DNA of 64,000 nt from Paludibacter sp. (GCA_028690665.1 JAQVAV010000008.1:113273-177272); one strand, 5' to 3'; positions 7,898 through 16,750 are shown, numbered from the stretch's first letter. Notes: generated by a model from the sequence alone, not told the origin. Translations and numbers: made by a program.

Positions 7898-8854
7898 ATG
7901 GCAGAGGAAATCATGGAAGCAATTGAACGCTACGGCCTCAGCAAGCGAAACAGAAAGCGCACGCTGTTTTCCCGTATAGGTGTTGTCGGTTGCGGAAAAG
8001 AAGGCAGTGTTATTGCTACCACAGCAGCATTAAAAGGTATTGAAGTCGTTTTTTTCGAACCGTCTCAGGAACGTATAGACAACGCTTACGCGCGTATTGA
8101 AGACAAACTGGACAAAAAAATTCGTAACTGGGGGTTGACAGAAAATGAAAAAAAAGCTGTTTTGACCCGTATCCAGAGCACAATGGATTTTAAAGACTTC
8201 AATGGTTGTGACTTTGTTATTGAGGCTATCAGATACGAGAGCCAATCAGGAGAAAGACGTGTAAACCAGAGAAAAGAAGTATTTAAAGAACTTGAGGCTG
8301 TTTTACCTCCTAAAGCTATTATTGCCTCAAACGTTTCTACAGTAGTTGTTACGGAGCTTGCTTCCGAGCTTGAACATCAGGATCGTTGTATAGGTCTTCA
8401 CTTTTTACCCAATATTCCTGATTCACAAATCATTGAAATTGTTCGGGGATTAAATACATCCGATGAAACTTTTGAAAAAGTTTGTCTTTTTGCCAAACTC
8501 ATCAATCACGAATACGTAACAGTTGTAGAATCAGCCGGATTAATCAGTATACGTCTTTTCCTGATACAGCTCAACGAAGCTTGTTCGATGCTCATGGAAG
8601 GTATTGCATCTGCTGAAGATATAGACAAAGTTCTTACTGTCGGTTTTGGCCATCGTCAGGGAGTTTTCCGTACAGCCGATCAAATGGGTATCGAAAAAAT
8701 TGTAAAATTGCTCGAAAATCTTTATGATGAATATGGCGATTTAAAATATAAGCCATCTCCTGTATTGCTACGGCTTTCCCGGGCAAAACATTTTGGAGTA
8801 AGCAACGGTAAAGGATTTTACAATTATGATGAATCTGGAAATATAATCAAATAA
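7898..8854 (+). CDS. 3-hydroxyacyl-CoA dehydrogenase family protein, divergent (Hbd-like)
   Basis: 318 aa. It has a Rossmann motif VVGCGKEG, SNVST, the catalytic-His region IGLHFLPN, the C-terminal dimerisation domain LNEACSMLMEGIASAEDIDK, and a GKGFY end. The Asn of the usual GFxxNR motif is Ile here (GLISIRL). Confidence 0.8.
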   Translation: MAEEIMEAIERYGLSKRNRKRTLFSRIGVVGCGKEGSVIATTAALKGIEVVFFEPSQERIDNAYARIEDKLDKKIRNWGLTENEKKAVLTRIQSTMDFKDFNGCDFVIEAIRYESQSGERRVNQRKEVFKELEAVLPPKAIIASNVSTVVVTELASELEHQDRCIGLHFLPNIPDSQIIEIVRGLNTSDETFEKVCLFAKLINHEYVTVVESAGLISIRLFLIQLNEACSMLMEGIASAEDIDKVLTVGFGHRQGVFRTADQMGIEKIVKLLENLYDEYGDLKYKPSPVLLRLSRAKHFGVSNGKGFYNYDESGNIIK

Positions 8855-8868
8855 GGAGGAACGAAAAC

Positions 8869-10074
8869 ATGAAGATATTAGTATTAAACTGCGGTAGTTC
8901 GTCGGTAAAATATAAATTACTCGACATGGAAACTAATCAGGAATTAGGATCTGGCGGTGTTGAAAAAATCGGAATGAAAGGTTCGTTTCTGAAGCACAAA
9001 CGTCAGGATGGACAAAAAGTACTATTGAAAGGAGAGATTCTTGAGCACCAAATTGCTATCGAATACATTTTGGGGGTACTTACAAGTCAGAAACACGGTG
9101 CAATTACATCGCTTGAGGAAATTAATGCAGTCGGACACAGGGTTGTTCATGGAGGAGAAAAATTTAATTCCAGTGTTCTGATAACAGATGAAGTTATTCT
9201 GAAAATCAGAGAATGTATAGACATTGCTCCCCTTCATAATCCACCTAATTTAGCAGGAATCAGCGCTATCAGCGAATTATTGCCGAATATACCTCAGGTA
9301 GCTGTTTTCGATACTGCATTCCATCAGACAATGCCTGATTATGCTTATATGTACGGCATTCCTTATTCGTTGTATAAGAAATACGGTATTCGCCGTTACG
9401 GCTTTCACGGGACAAGTCATCGCTATGTATCAAAGCGTGCCTGTGAATTTCTCGGGCTGGATTATGAGAAAACAAAAATCATTACAGCTCACATTGGCAA
9501 CGGAGCATCGGTAACAGCTATAAAAGGTGGAATATCCGTTGATACTTCCATGGGATTCACCCCTATCGAAGGCCTGATGATGGGAACACGCTCGGGAGAT
9601 GTTGATCTTGGTGTTGTGACTTACCTGATGGAAAAAGAAATGATCGGCTCATCCTCTGTATCGACATTATTTAACAAACACAGTGGGGTACTGGGAGTGT
9701 CAGGAATTTCATCGGATATGCGCGACATCGAAAAGGCCATTGAAGAAGGAAATGAACGTGCCAAACTGGCTCTTGAAATGTATGAATACCGCATTACCAA
9801 ATATGTGGGCTCCTATATCGCAGCTTTGAATGGAGTTGATGTGATTGTATTTACAGGAGGCGTTGGCGAGAATCAGGCTATCACTCGTGAAAAAGTCTGC
9901 GAAAACTTAACTTTCATGGGTGTAAAAATCGATAAAGAACTTAACGCAAAATCCCGAGGAAAAGAAGTATTGTTAACTCTTCCGGATTCAACAGTAAAAG
10001 TTGTTGTAATTCCTACCGATGAAGAATTTATGATTGCTTCGGATACGTTGGAAATCGTTAATGGTAAAAAATAA
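8869..10074 (+). CDS. ackA: Acetate kinase
   Basis: 401 aa. Motifs are MKILVLNCGSSSVKYKL, VGHRVVHGG, FDTAFHQTMP, RRYGFHGTSH and FTGGVGEN. Confidence 0.95.
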   Translation: MKILVLNCGSSSVKYKLLDMETNQELGSGGVEKIGMKGSFLKHKRQDGQKVLLKGEILEHQIAIEYILGVLTSQKHGAITSLEEINAVGHRVVHGGEKFNSSVLITDEVILKIRECIDIAPLHNPPNLAGISAISELLPNIPQVAVFDTAFHQTMPDYAYMYGIPYSLYKKYGIRRYGFHGTSHRYVSKRACEFLGLDYEKTKIITAHIGNGASVTAIKGGISVDTSMGFTPIEGLMMGTRSGDVDLGVVTYLMEKEMIGSSSVSTLFNKHSGVLGVSGISSDMRDIEKAIEEGNERAKLALEMYEYRITKYVGSYIAALNGVDVIVFTGGVGENQAITREKVCENLTFMGVKIDKELNAKSRGKEVLLTLPDSTVKVVVIPTDEEFMIASDTLEIVNGKK

Positions 10075-10090
10075 TTCCGCGACACAATGT

Positions 10091-10128
10091 AAAAACGGGC
10101 TGCAATTACAAAACTGCAGCCCGTTTTT
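10091..10128. terminator. Bidirectional intrinsic terminator between ackA and the TetR gene
   Basis: AAAAACGGGCTGCA (10091-10104) pairs perfectly with TGCAGCCCGTTTTT (10115-10128) around a 10-nt loop. An A-run lies upstream and a T-run downstream. Confidence 0.85.
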
Positions 10129-10146
10129 ATTATCTCTTTATATCAA

Positions 10147-10863
10147 TCAACCCAGATAGATACATTTTGCAATAATATCTTCACTTACGCCCTCATTTCT
10201 TAATCTCTCAGCAATCTGATTTATTTCCTTTTTCTGGTAAAGATGTGCAAACAGCATAGAAACTAACTGATCTATAGCGATCCTTAAGCTCTTTTGTCCT
10301 TCTTCTGTAGTAAAATCAATCAAACAAAAAGTCGAAATTTCTTTATGAATGATCAGATAATATATTGAAGCAATTAACATGGAGCAGATTGTATTAATCT
10401 CAAGCTGACTTTCTTTAAATGTTTCCTCAAGAAGTTTCACCAAGGGTTCGTTAACCGACTCACGCAACTGAGATGTTCTTTTAGTTATATCGTTTGTATT
10501 CGCCAACTCCCACACTAACAACTGCTGCATTCCCCTATTAGCCAATAGAGCATTGACCATATTTTGTAAAATCCACTTAAATGTTTCCTCCGGATCAAGA
10601 TGCTGAGGAATGCTGTTCGCCAAATTTCCCAGCCAATAGTCATATTGTTTTGTATATCGAGCAAACAGTTCGTCCAAATTAGCAAAACGTCTATAAAATA
10701 CAGCCGGTTCAATATGAGCCCTTTCAGCCACCCCTGTAAGTGTCACTTTCATGAAGCCTAACTCTTCAATCATTTCACCGGCAGCTCTCATCACATCTTG
10801 TTCGATTGCCACTTTTGTTCTCCTAAAACGTTTTTTTGTTCCGCTTTCTTCTGGCATTTTCAC
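10147..10863 (-). CDS. TetR/AcrR family transcriptional regulator
   Basis: 238 aa. The N-terminal HTH is VTLTGVAERAHIEPAVFYRRFANLDELF, followed by a helical ligand domain. Confidence 0.85.
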   Translation of the reverse strand: MKMPEESGTKKRFRRTKVAIEQDVMRAAGEMIEELGFMKVTLTGVAERAHIEPAVFYRRFANLDELFARYTKQYDYWLGNLANSIPQHLDPEETFKWILQNMVNALLANRGMQQLLVWELANTNDITKRTSQLRESVNEPLVKLLEETFKESQLEINTICSMLIASIYYLIIHKEISTFCLIDFTTEEGQKSLRIAIDQLVSMLFAHLYQKKEINQIAERLRNEGVSEDIIAKCIYLG

Positions 10864-11123
10864 AGTAAATTATACCTATAATTAATCATAAAATTGAAAG
10901 AAACAAAGATAGGATAAAATATCTGATTTCGACCAAATAATACATCAAAATAAATCCTAAATTCCACCAATCTTATAGGATTCACAAGACAATAATTACT
11001 ATTTTAAGTTATTCAGAAAGATCAAAATATTTTTAATTAATTTCAAATTAAATAAAGTTCTCAAACCCACAAAACAAAACTACATGTTTGGCTGTTATTT
11101 CGGTACCATATAGTAATTTAAAA

Positions 11124-11146
11124 GCACGGAAACGTGCGTTTTTTTT
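11124..11146 (+). terminator. Orphan terminator-like hairpin (GCACG-GAAA-CGTGC followed by a T8 run)
   Basis: A 5-bp GC-rich stem with a GAAA tetraloop (11124-11137) is followed by G and eight T. No plus-strand gene lies upstream of it. Confidence 0.4.
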
Positions 11147-11148
11147 CG

Positions 11149-11156
11149 TAAATTTG
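11149..11156 (+). promoter_or_regulatory. Candidate -7 box TAAATTTG for sufB
   Basis: Matches TAnnTTTG, 59 nt upstream of the sufB ATG at 11215. Confidence 0.5.
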
Positions 11157-11163
11157 CAGAAGT

Positions 11164-11193
11164 TTTGATGTTTGACATATTTCAAATATCAAA
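11164..11193. promoter_or_regulatory. 30-bp imperfect palindrome (candidate operator) over the predicted sufB transcription start
   Basis: The sequence is TTTGATGTTTGACATATTTCAAATATCAAA. 13 of 15 positions are self-complementary. It begins 8 nt after the -7 box. Confidence 0.45.
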
Positions 11194-11214
11194 GAATATT
11201 AAGAATAAATAAAG

Positions 11215-12651
11215 ATGGCAGAAGATATATTACATGAAGTCACCCAGAACGAATATAAATATGGCTTTACTACTGATATCGAAACGGATATTATTCCGAC
11301 AGGTCTGAATGAAGACGTTATTCGTCTTATTTCATCCAAAAAAAACGAACCGGAATGGTTACTCGAATTCAGATTAAAAGCTTTTCGTCACTGGCAAACA
11401 ATGAAAATGCCCGATTGGGCTCTCCTGAAGATTCCTGAAATTGATTATCAAAGTATTTCATACTACGCGGCTCCGCGTAAAAATGCTCCTAAAAGTCTTG
11501 ACGAAGTTGATCCAGAATTATTAAATACATTTAATAAACTTGGTATCCCTCTTGAAGAACAAATGGCTCTTTCGGGCATTGCCGTGGATGCTGTTATGGA
11601 TAGTGTTTCAGTAAAAACGACTTTTAAGGAAACGCTGGCCGAAAAAGGAATTATTTTCTGTTCGTTCAGCGAAGCGGTTGAACATCATCCAGACCTGGTT
11701 AAGAAATATCTTGGATCAGTAGTCCCTTATAACGATAATTTTTATGCAGCTCTTAACTGTGCTGTGTTTAGCGATGGATCGTTTGTATATATTCCCAAAG
11801 GAGTTCGTTGCCCGATGGAATTATCAACTTACTTCCGCATCAATGCATCGAATACGGGTCAATTTGAACGAACACTGATTGTTGCCGATGAGGATAGTTA
11901 CGTTTCTTATCTTGAAGGATGTACAGCCCCAATGCGCGACGAAAACCAGCTTCATGCTGCAATTGTAGAAATTGTGGTTCAAAAAAATGCAGAAGTGAAG
12001 TACTCCACTGTTCAAAACTGGTATCCGGGAGATAAAAACGGAAACGGCGGAGTTTACAACTTTGTAACTAAACGGGGTATTTGTAAAGGCGAAAATTCGA
12101 AAATTTCGTGGACTCAGGTTGAAACCGGCTCGGCAATTACCTGGAAATATCCAAGTTGCATTTTGCAAGGCGATAATTCATCGGCAGAGTTTTACTCAGT
12201 AGCTGTCACGAACAACTTCCAGCAAGCTGATACGGGAACAAAAATGATTCATCTCGGTAAAAATACCAAAAGTCATATTCTGTCAAAAGGTATCTCAGCC
12301 GGTGTAAGCAATAACAGTTACCGTGGACTTGTGCGCGTGGGAGCAAATGCCGAAAATGCAAGAAACTTTTCTCAATGCGACAGTCTTTTGTTGGGCGATA
12401 AATGCGGTGCTCATACATTCCCATATATGGATGTGAATAATGATACGGCTATCGTAGAGCACGAAGCAACAACTTCTAAAATCAGTGAAGATCAGATATT
12501 TTATTGCAATCAGCGAGGCATTTCTACGGAAGACGCAGTTGGCCTGATTGTGAATGGATATGCCAAAGAAGTTATCAATAAATTACCCATGGAATTTGCT
12601 GTTGAAGCACAAAAACTTTTACAAATAACACTCGAAGGTTCAGTTGGATGA
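11215..12651 (+). CDS. sufB: Fe-S cluster assembly scaffold protein SufB
   Basis: 478 aa. The SufB pattern is typical from the N-terminal YKYGF to the C-terminal FAVEAQKLL, and includes GCTAPM and [11 protein letters not shown]. Confidence 0.95.
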   Translation: MAEDILHEVTQNEYKYGFTTDIETDIIPTGLNEDVIRLISSKKNEPEWLLEFRLKAFRHWQTMKMPDWALLKIPEIDYQSISYYAAPRKNAPKSLDEVDPELLNTFNKLGIPLEEQMALSGIAVDAVMDSVSVKTTFKETLAEKGIIFCSFSEAVEHHPDLVKKYLGSVVPYNDNFYAALNCAVFSDGSFVYIPKGVRCPMELSTYFRINASNTGQFERTLIVADEDSYVSYLEGCTAPMRDENQLHAAIVEIVVQKNAEVKYSTVQNWYPGDKNGNGGVYNFVTKRGICKGENSKISWTQVETGSAITWKYPSCILQGDNSSAEFYSVAVTNNFQQADTGTKMIHLGKNTKSHILSKGISAGVSNNSYRGLVRVGANAENARNFSQCDSLLLGDKCGAHTFPYMDVNNDTAIVEHEATTSKISEDQIFYCNQRGISTEDAVGLIVNGYAKEVINKLPMEFAVEAQKLLQITLEGSVG

Positions 12652-12736
12652 TTGATTTAACTGATTGTGAATTATATAAAAACTTTGATTAAAAATTTAA
12701 AAACTATTGTGGACTATGCGTCCGATACCCAATATT

Positions 12737-13492
12737 ATGTTAGAAATTAAAGATTTACATGCCAGTATTAATGGAAAAGAGATATTAAAAGGATTAAGTC
12801 TGACAGTACACCCTGGGGAGATTCATGCAATTATGGGTCCTAACGGTGCAGGGAAATCAACTCTCTCGTCGGTTTTAACAGGAAATCCTGCTTTTGAAGT
12901 TACCCATGGCAAAGTCTCATTTTATGGCAAAGATTTGCTTGAACTTCCTCCTGAAGATCGTGCTTGCGAAGGTATATTTCTGAGTTTCCAGTATCCGGTT
13001 GAAATTCCGGGAGTAAGTATGGTAAATTTTATGCGAACAGCTATCAACGAGCATCGCAAATATAACAATCTGCCACCACTTTCGGCTACCGATTTTTTAC
13101 GGGTTATGCGTGAAAAGAAAGAATTGGTAGAAATGGACAACAAACTTACCAATCGTTCGGTCAACGAAGGCTTTTCCGGAGGAGAAAAGAAGCGAAATGA
13201 AATTTTTCAGATGGCTATGCTGGAACCTCGTTTATCTATTCTTGATGAAACGGATTCAGGGTTGGATATTGATGCCCTGCGTATTGTAGCCAACGGCGTG
13301 AACAAACTGAAATCGCCTGAAAATGCAAGCATCGTAATTACTCACTATCAACGTTTGCTTGACTATATTATACCAGATTTTGTTCATGTACTATACGATG
13401 GGCGTATTGTAAAATCAGGTACCAAAGAACTTGCACTCGAACTTGAGAAAAAAGGCTACGACTGGATCAAGCAGGAGGTCGACAAAAAATAA
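12737..13492 (+). CDS. sufC: Fe-S cluster assembly ATPase SufC
   Basis: The start is trimmed to MLEIKDLHA. It has Walker [10 protein letters not shown], the signature FSGGEKKR and Walker [13 protein letters not shown]. Confidence 0.95.
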   Translation: MLEIKDLHASINGKEILKGLSLTVHPGEIHAIMGPNGAGKSTLSSVLTGNPAFEVTHGKVSFYGKDLLELPPEDRACEGIFLSFQYPVEIPGVSMVNFMRTAINEHRKYNNLPPLSATDFLRVMREKKELVEMDNKLTNRSVNEGFSGGEKKRNEIFQMAMLEPRLSILDETDSGLDIDALRIVANGVNKLKSPENASIVITHYQRLLDYIIPDFVHVLYDGRIVKSGTKELALELEKKGYDWIKQEVDKK

Positions 13493-13566
13493 ATCCTGAC
13501 GATGAGTAACTGACAGAAGTTTATAAATCCGTTCTGTTACTTATTGTCTGTAGTTATTATTTTACA

Positions 13567-14907
13567 ATGGAAGAACAATACATTAATTTATATCAACAAT
13601 ATCAGGAGCAGATAAAAGGACATGCTGCCTCGGTGATGAATGAGTCGAGAGATGCCTCATTTGGCTTATTTGAAGAGTTGGGTTTCCCAACTTCAAAACT
13701 CGAAAACTACAAATACACAGACCTCACCGAACCGCTTTCTATTGAATACGGACTGAACCTGAATCGTCTGAAAATTCCGGTAAATCCATACGAAGTTTTC
13801 AAATGTGACGTTCCGGGGATTCATTCCTATCTGTATTTTGTCCTGAACGATGGATTTTATCCGGTGCACGATCATCATAATGATGAGCTTCCCAAGGGTG
13901 TTATTATAGGAAGTTTAAAAGATGTTGCAGAGTCGCATCCCGAACTGGTAAAGGCTTATTATGGAAAAATGAGTCTTGGGAAAAAAGATGGTCTGATAGC
14001 ATTCAACGGGGCTTTCGCACAGGATGGATTCTTTATGTATGTGCCAGAGGATGTGATATTAGACCGTCCGGTACAATTGGTAAACATAATGCGGTCGGAT
14101 GTGGACTTTATGGCGAATAGCCATAATCTGATTATCCTCGAAAAAGGAGCCAAAGCTCAATTATTGGTTTGCGATCACACAATGGATGATGTTCGTTTTG
14201 TAACCAATCGGGTAACAGAAGTTTTCGTGGATGAAAATGCTTCCTATGAACATTATAAACTCGAAAATACGCATATCAAAACCACCAATCTCTCTACGTT
14301 GTTGATTGATCAAAAAACATCTTCGAACGTGCTGGCCAATGTGATAACATTACACAATGGCGTAACACGCAATACGATTGAAATTGATGTAGATGGAGAG
14401 CATTGCGAAACATTGCTTTGCGGTATGGTCATCGGAGACAAAAAACAACAGGTTGATAATTTTACTTCGATTATCCACAATAAGCCCAACAGCCATAGCA
14501 CCGAGTTATTCAAGTATGTGCTTGACGATCGTTCAAAAGGAGGATTTACGGGAAAACTTTATGTAGCAAGAGATTCTCAGAAGACGCAGGCTTATCAGAC
14601 GAATAAAAATATTCTGATGAACAAAACGGCCAAAATGCGTACAAAACCTCAGCTGGAAATTTATGCGGATGATGTGAAATGTTCGCATGGCGCAACAATT
14701 GGTCAGCTCGACGAATCAGCCATGTTTTACATGCGCCAACGCGGCATTCCTGAAAAAGAAGCAAAGCTTCTGCTTATGTTCGCATTTACTGCCGACGTTA
14801 CCGAAAACATTAGAATTGATGCTTTAAAAGACCGCATCAAAATGTTGGTTGAGAAACGTCTTCGCGGAGAATTATCGAAATGTGAAGGTTGCGTTATTTG
14901 CCAATAA
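13567..14907 (+). CDS. sufD: Fe-S cluster assembly protein SufD
   Basis: 446 aa. The C-terminal half is SufB/D-like (KPQLEIYADDVKCSHGATIGQLDE..FYMRQRGI). Confidence 0.9.
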   Translation: MEEQYINLYQQYQEQIKGHAASVMNESRDASFGLFEELGFPTSKLENYKYTDLTEPLSIEYGLNLNRLKIPVNPYEVFKCDVPGIHSYLYFVLNDGFYPVHDHHNDELPKGVIIGSLKDVAESHPELVKAYYGKMSLGKKDGLIAFNGAFAQDGFFMYVPEDVILDRPVQLVNIMRSDVDFMANSHNLIILEKGAKAQLLVCDHTMDDVRFVTNRVTEVFVDENASYEHYKLENTHIKTTNLSTLLIDQKTSSNVLANVITLHNGVTRNTIEIDVDGEHCETLLCGMVIGDKKQQVDNFTSIIHNKPNSHSTELFKYVLDDRSKGGFTGKLYVARDSQKTQAYQTNKNILMNKTAKMRTKPQLEIYADDVKCSHGATIGQLDESAMFYMRQRGIPEKEAKLLLMFAFTADVTENIRIDALKDRIKMLVEKRLRGELSKCEGCVICQ

Positions 14908-14932
14908 AGTAAGTTTTAAAAACAAATAATTG

Positions 14933-14963
14933 AAAGCGTAACTCTCTCCGGTTACGCTTTTTT
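14933..14963 (+). terminator. Intrinsic terminator or attenuator hairpin after sufD
   Basis: AAAGCGTAAC (14933-14942) pairs perfectly with GTTACGCTTT (14951-14960) around an 8-nt loop, and the T-run extends to 14963. It abuts the next ORF. Confidence 0.7.
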
Positions 14964-14975
14964 ATGCTGATAAAA

Positions 14976-16205
14976 ATGGATATTACAAAAGACTATATCC
15001 GGCAAAAACTTTCCGGAAGCCTGCCCGGAGAAATAGCTCATCTGAAAATGGCGCCCGAACATCGGATAAAGGAATTACAAAAAATGAAGGGCGATTTTTC
15101 GAAAGCCCGGAAAAGTGCTGTCATGGTCTTGCTGTTTCACGAAAATGAAAAGCTTAAAATAATTTATATTCGCCGGAGTTTTTATGTTGGCATTCATGCC
15201 GGACAAATAGCCTTTCCAGGAGGCCGGTTCGAAGAAAGTGATGTAGAAATAGTTCATACGGCTTTCCGAGAAATTGAAGAGGAAATCGGAATTAAAAAAG
15301 ACAAAATCGAACTTTTAGGCCGGTTGTCGGATATATACGTTCCACCCAGTAATTTTCTGATTAGTATTTTTGTCGGCTATCTGAATGAGAAACCTGAATA
15401 TCAGCGCAGTGAGCGTGAAGTCGCCGAAATTATTGAAGTGGATTATGAAGAATTTCTAAAACAAAACGTCGTTAAAGAAAAATCTTTTTTAGTCCCATCG
15501 GAGAAAAAATCAGTTTTTTCGCCCTATTATGATGTTGCCAATATCGAACTTTGGGGTGCCAGTGCGATGGTTACGGCGGAATTGCTCGACATTTTAAAAT
15601 CCGATAATGGGAAAAACGCAGCCGAATCTCTCCATGAAAAATATTTGGATATAGCTCAAAAAAGTTTAATCAGAGTGCAATATTCCTGTGGCGGAAACTC
15701 AACTGGGATCGATGAAGACACCGACTACATTCCCATTGTTCCCGAGAATATCGTTTCTGTCCAAACAAATATTGTCTACACTGAAGCACAAGAAGACGAT
15801 GTAGTGTCAATCATCGACTTGCTGAAGCAAAACAATTTGCCTGTTCGTGATCTTGTATCAGGACAGCGAATTTTTTTAGTTGCAATTTTCGGAGATCAGG
15901 TAATCGGTTGTGTTGCCGTTGAACCATACTGTGGTTCTGGAATACTGAGGTCATTAGCGGTGAATGAAAGTTTCAGAAATCAGGGTGTCGGGCAAAAACT
16001 TTTATCCGGAGCAGAAATATGGGCCGGAAACAATGGAATTCAGACACTCTATTTATTAACAATGACAGCATCAACATTTTTCTCAAAAATGAACTGGAAT
16101 ACTACCGATCGATCTGCAGTTTCAGCAGAAGTTGCCCAATCGTCCGAATTTGCCTCCGTATGTCCTGCGACAGCAATTTGCATGAAGAAAGAACTCTCTA
16201 AATAA
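14976..16205 (+). CDS. Fusion protein: Nudix hydrolase (CoA pyrophosphatase type) + ArsN2-like GNAT N-acetyltransferase
   Basis: The N-terminal domain carries the CoA-type signature IRRSFYVGIHAGQIAFPGG and the Nudix box ending REIEEEIGI. The C-terminal ~145 aa match the ArsN2/amino-acid acetyltransferase pattern (LLKQNNLPVRDL..LRSLAVNESFRNQGVGQKLL..LYLLT.TASTFFSKMNW..SSEFASVCPATAICM). The track start is 14964. The ATG at 14976 (MDITKDY) is preferred because 14964 touches the terminator T-run. Confidence 0.8.
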   Translation: MDITKDYIRQKLSGSLPGEIAHLKMAPEHRIKELQKMKGDFSKARKSAVMVLLFHENEKLKIIYIRRSFYVGIHAGQIAFPGGRFEESDVEIVHTAFREIEEEIGIKKDKIELLGRLSDIYVPPSNFLISIFVGYLNEKPEYQRSEREVAEIIEVDYEEFLKQNVVKEKSFLVPSEKKSVFSPYYDVANIELWGASAMVTAELLDILKSDNGKNAAESLHEKYLDIAQKSLIRVQYSCGGNSTGIDEDTDYIPIVPENIVSVQTNIVYTEAQEDDVVSIIDLLKQNNLPVRDLVSGQRIFLVAIFGDQVIGCVAVEPYCGSGILRSLAVNESFRNQGVGQKLLSGAEIWAGNNGIQTLYLLTMTASTFFSKMNWNTTDRSAVSAEVAQSSEFASVCPATAICMKKELSK

Positions 16206-16216
16206 GCACAAAATTT

Positions 16217-16750
16217 TTATACAAGGATTGTTATTTCACAGAATTTAAGATGGGCAAGAATTTCCCGTAAAATAAGCAATCGGGCAATAAATTTGTTGTC
16301 GCTCGGGAGAATATCCTGACTGGCCGGTCTGCCTGAAACGATAGCACTGATTCGTCCGAATATAATCTCAATATCAGTTGCAGCAAGTACTGTTTCGGGA
16401 CGTTTTACAGGAATAACGAATCGGGCAATTTCGAGGATATTGCTATCCGATGTGATTAATTTGCTCCCGGAACTTAATTTTTTATGATATAACATTATTG
16501 CATCTTCAATAAAAGTTATTGCATTCTCAACTTCACTGGCTGTAGGAGGATATTGGGCAAAAAAACGTTCTGCAACCAATGTGCTTCCAACTTGAAGTGT
16601 TGCACTAAACGTCGGCATCTCCGACTGATCGCCCTGAGTCAGGACAGAAAATTTATCTCCAATTTCTATAAATGTTAGATTCCCGGAAATTCCCGTTTTT
16701 TTCCACATATTTTTGTAGAACCCTTCATTGGTTATTTTGTCGATATTCAT
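16217..16750 (-). CDS. Hypothetical protein (weak resemblance to a degenerate Ppx/GppA N-terminal ASKHA domain)
   Basis: 177 aa with clean ORF boundaries and a divergent promoter region shared with the 16865 gene. IEIGDKFSVL and LQVGSTLVAERFF..PPTASEVENAITFIED loosely recall the Ppx/GppA motifs DIGSNS and RLGE..L..E. Confidence 0.5.
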   Translation of the reverse strand: MNIDKITNEGFYKNMWKKTGISGNLTFIEIGDKFSVLTQGDQSEMPTFSATLQVGSTLVAERFFAQYPPTASEVENAITFIEDAIMLYHKKLSSGSKLITSDSNILEIARFVIPVKRPETVLAATDIEIIFGRISAIVSGRPASQDILPSDNKFIARLLILREILAHLKFCEITILV

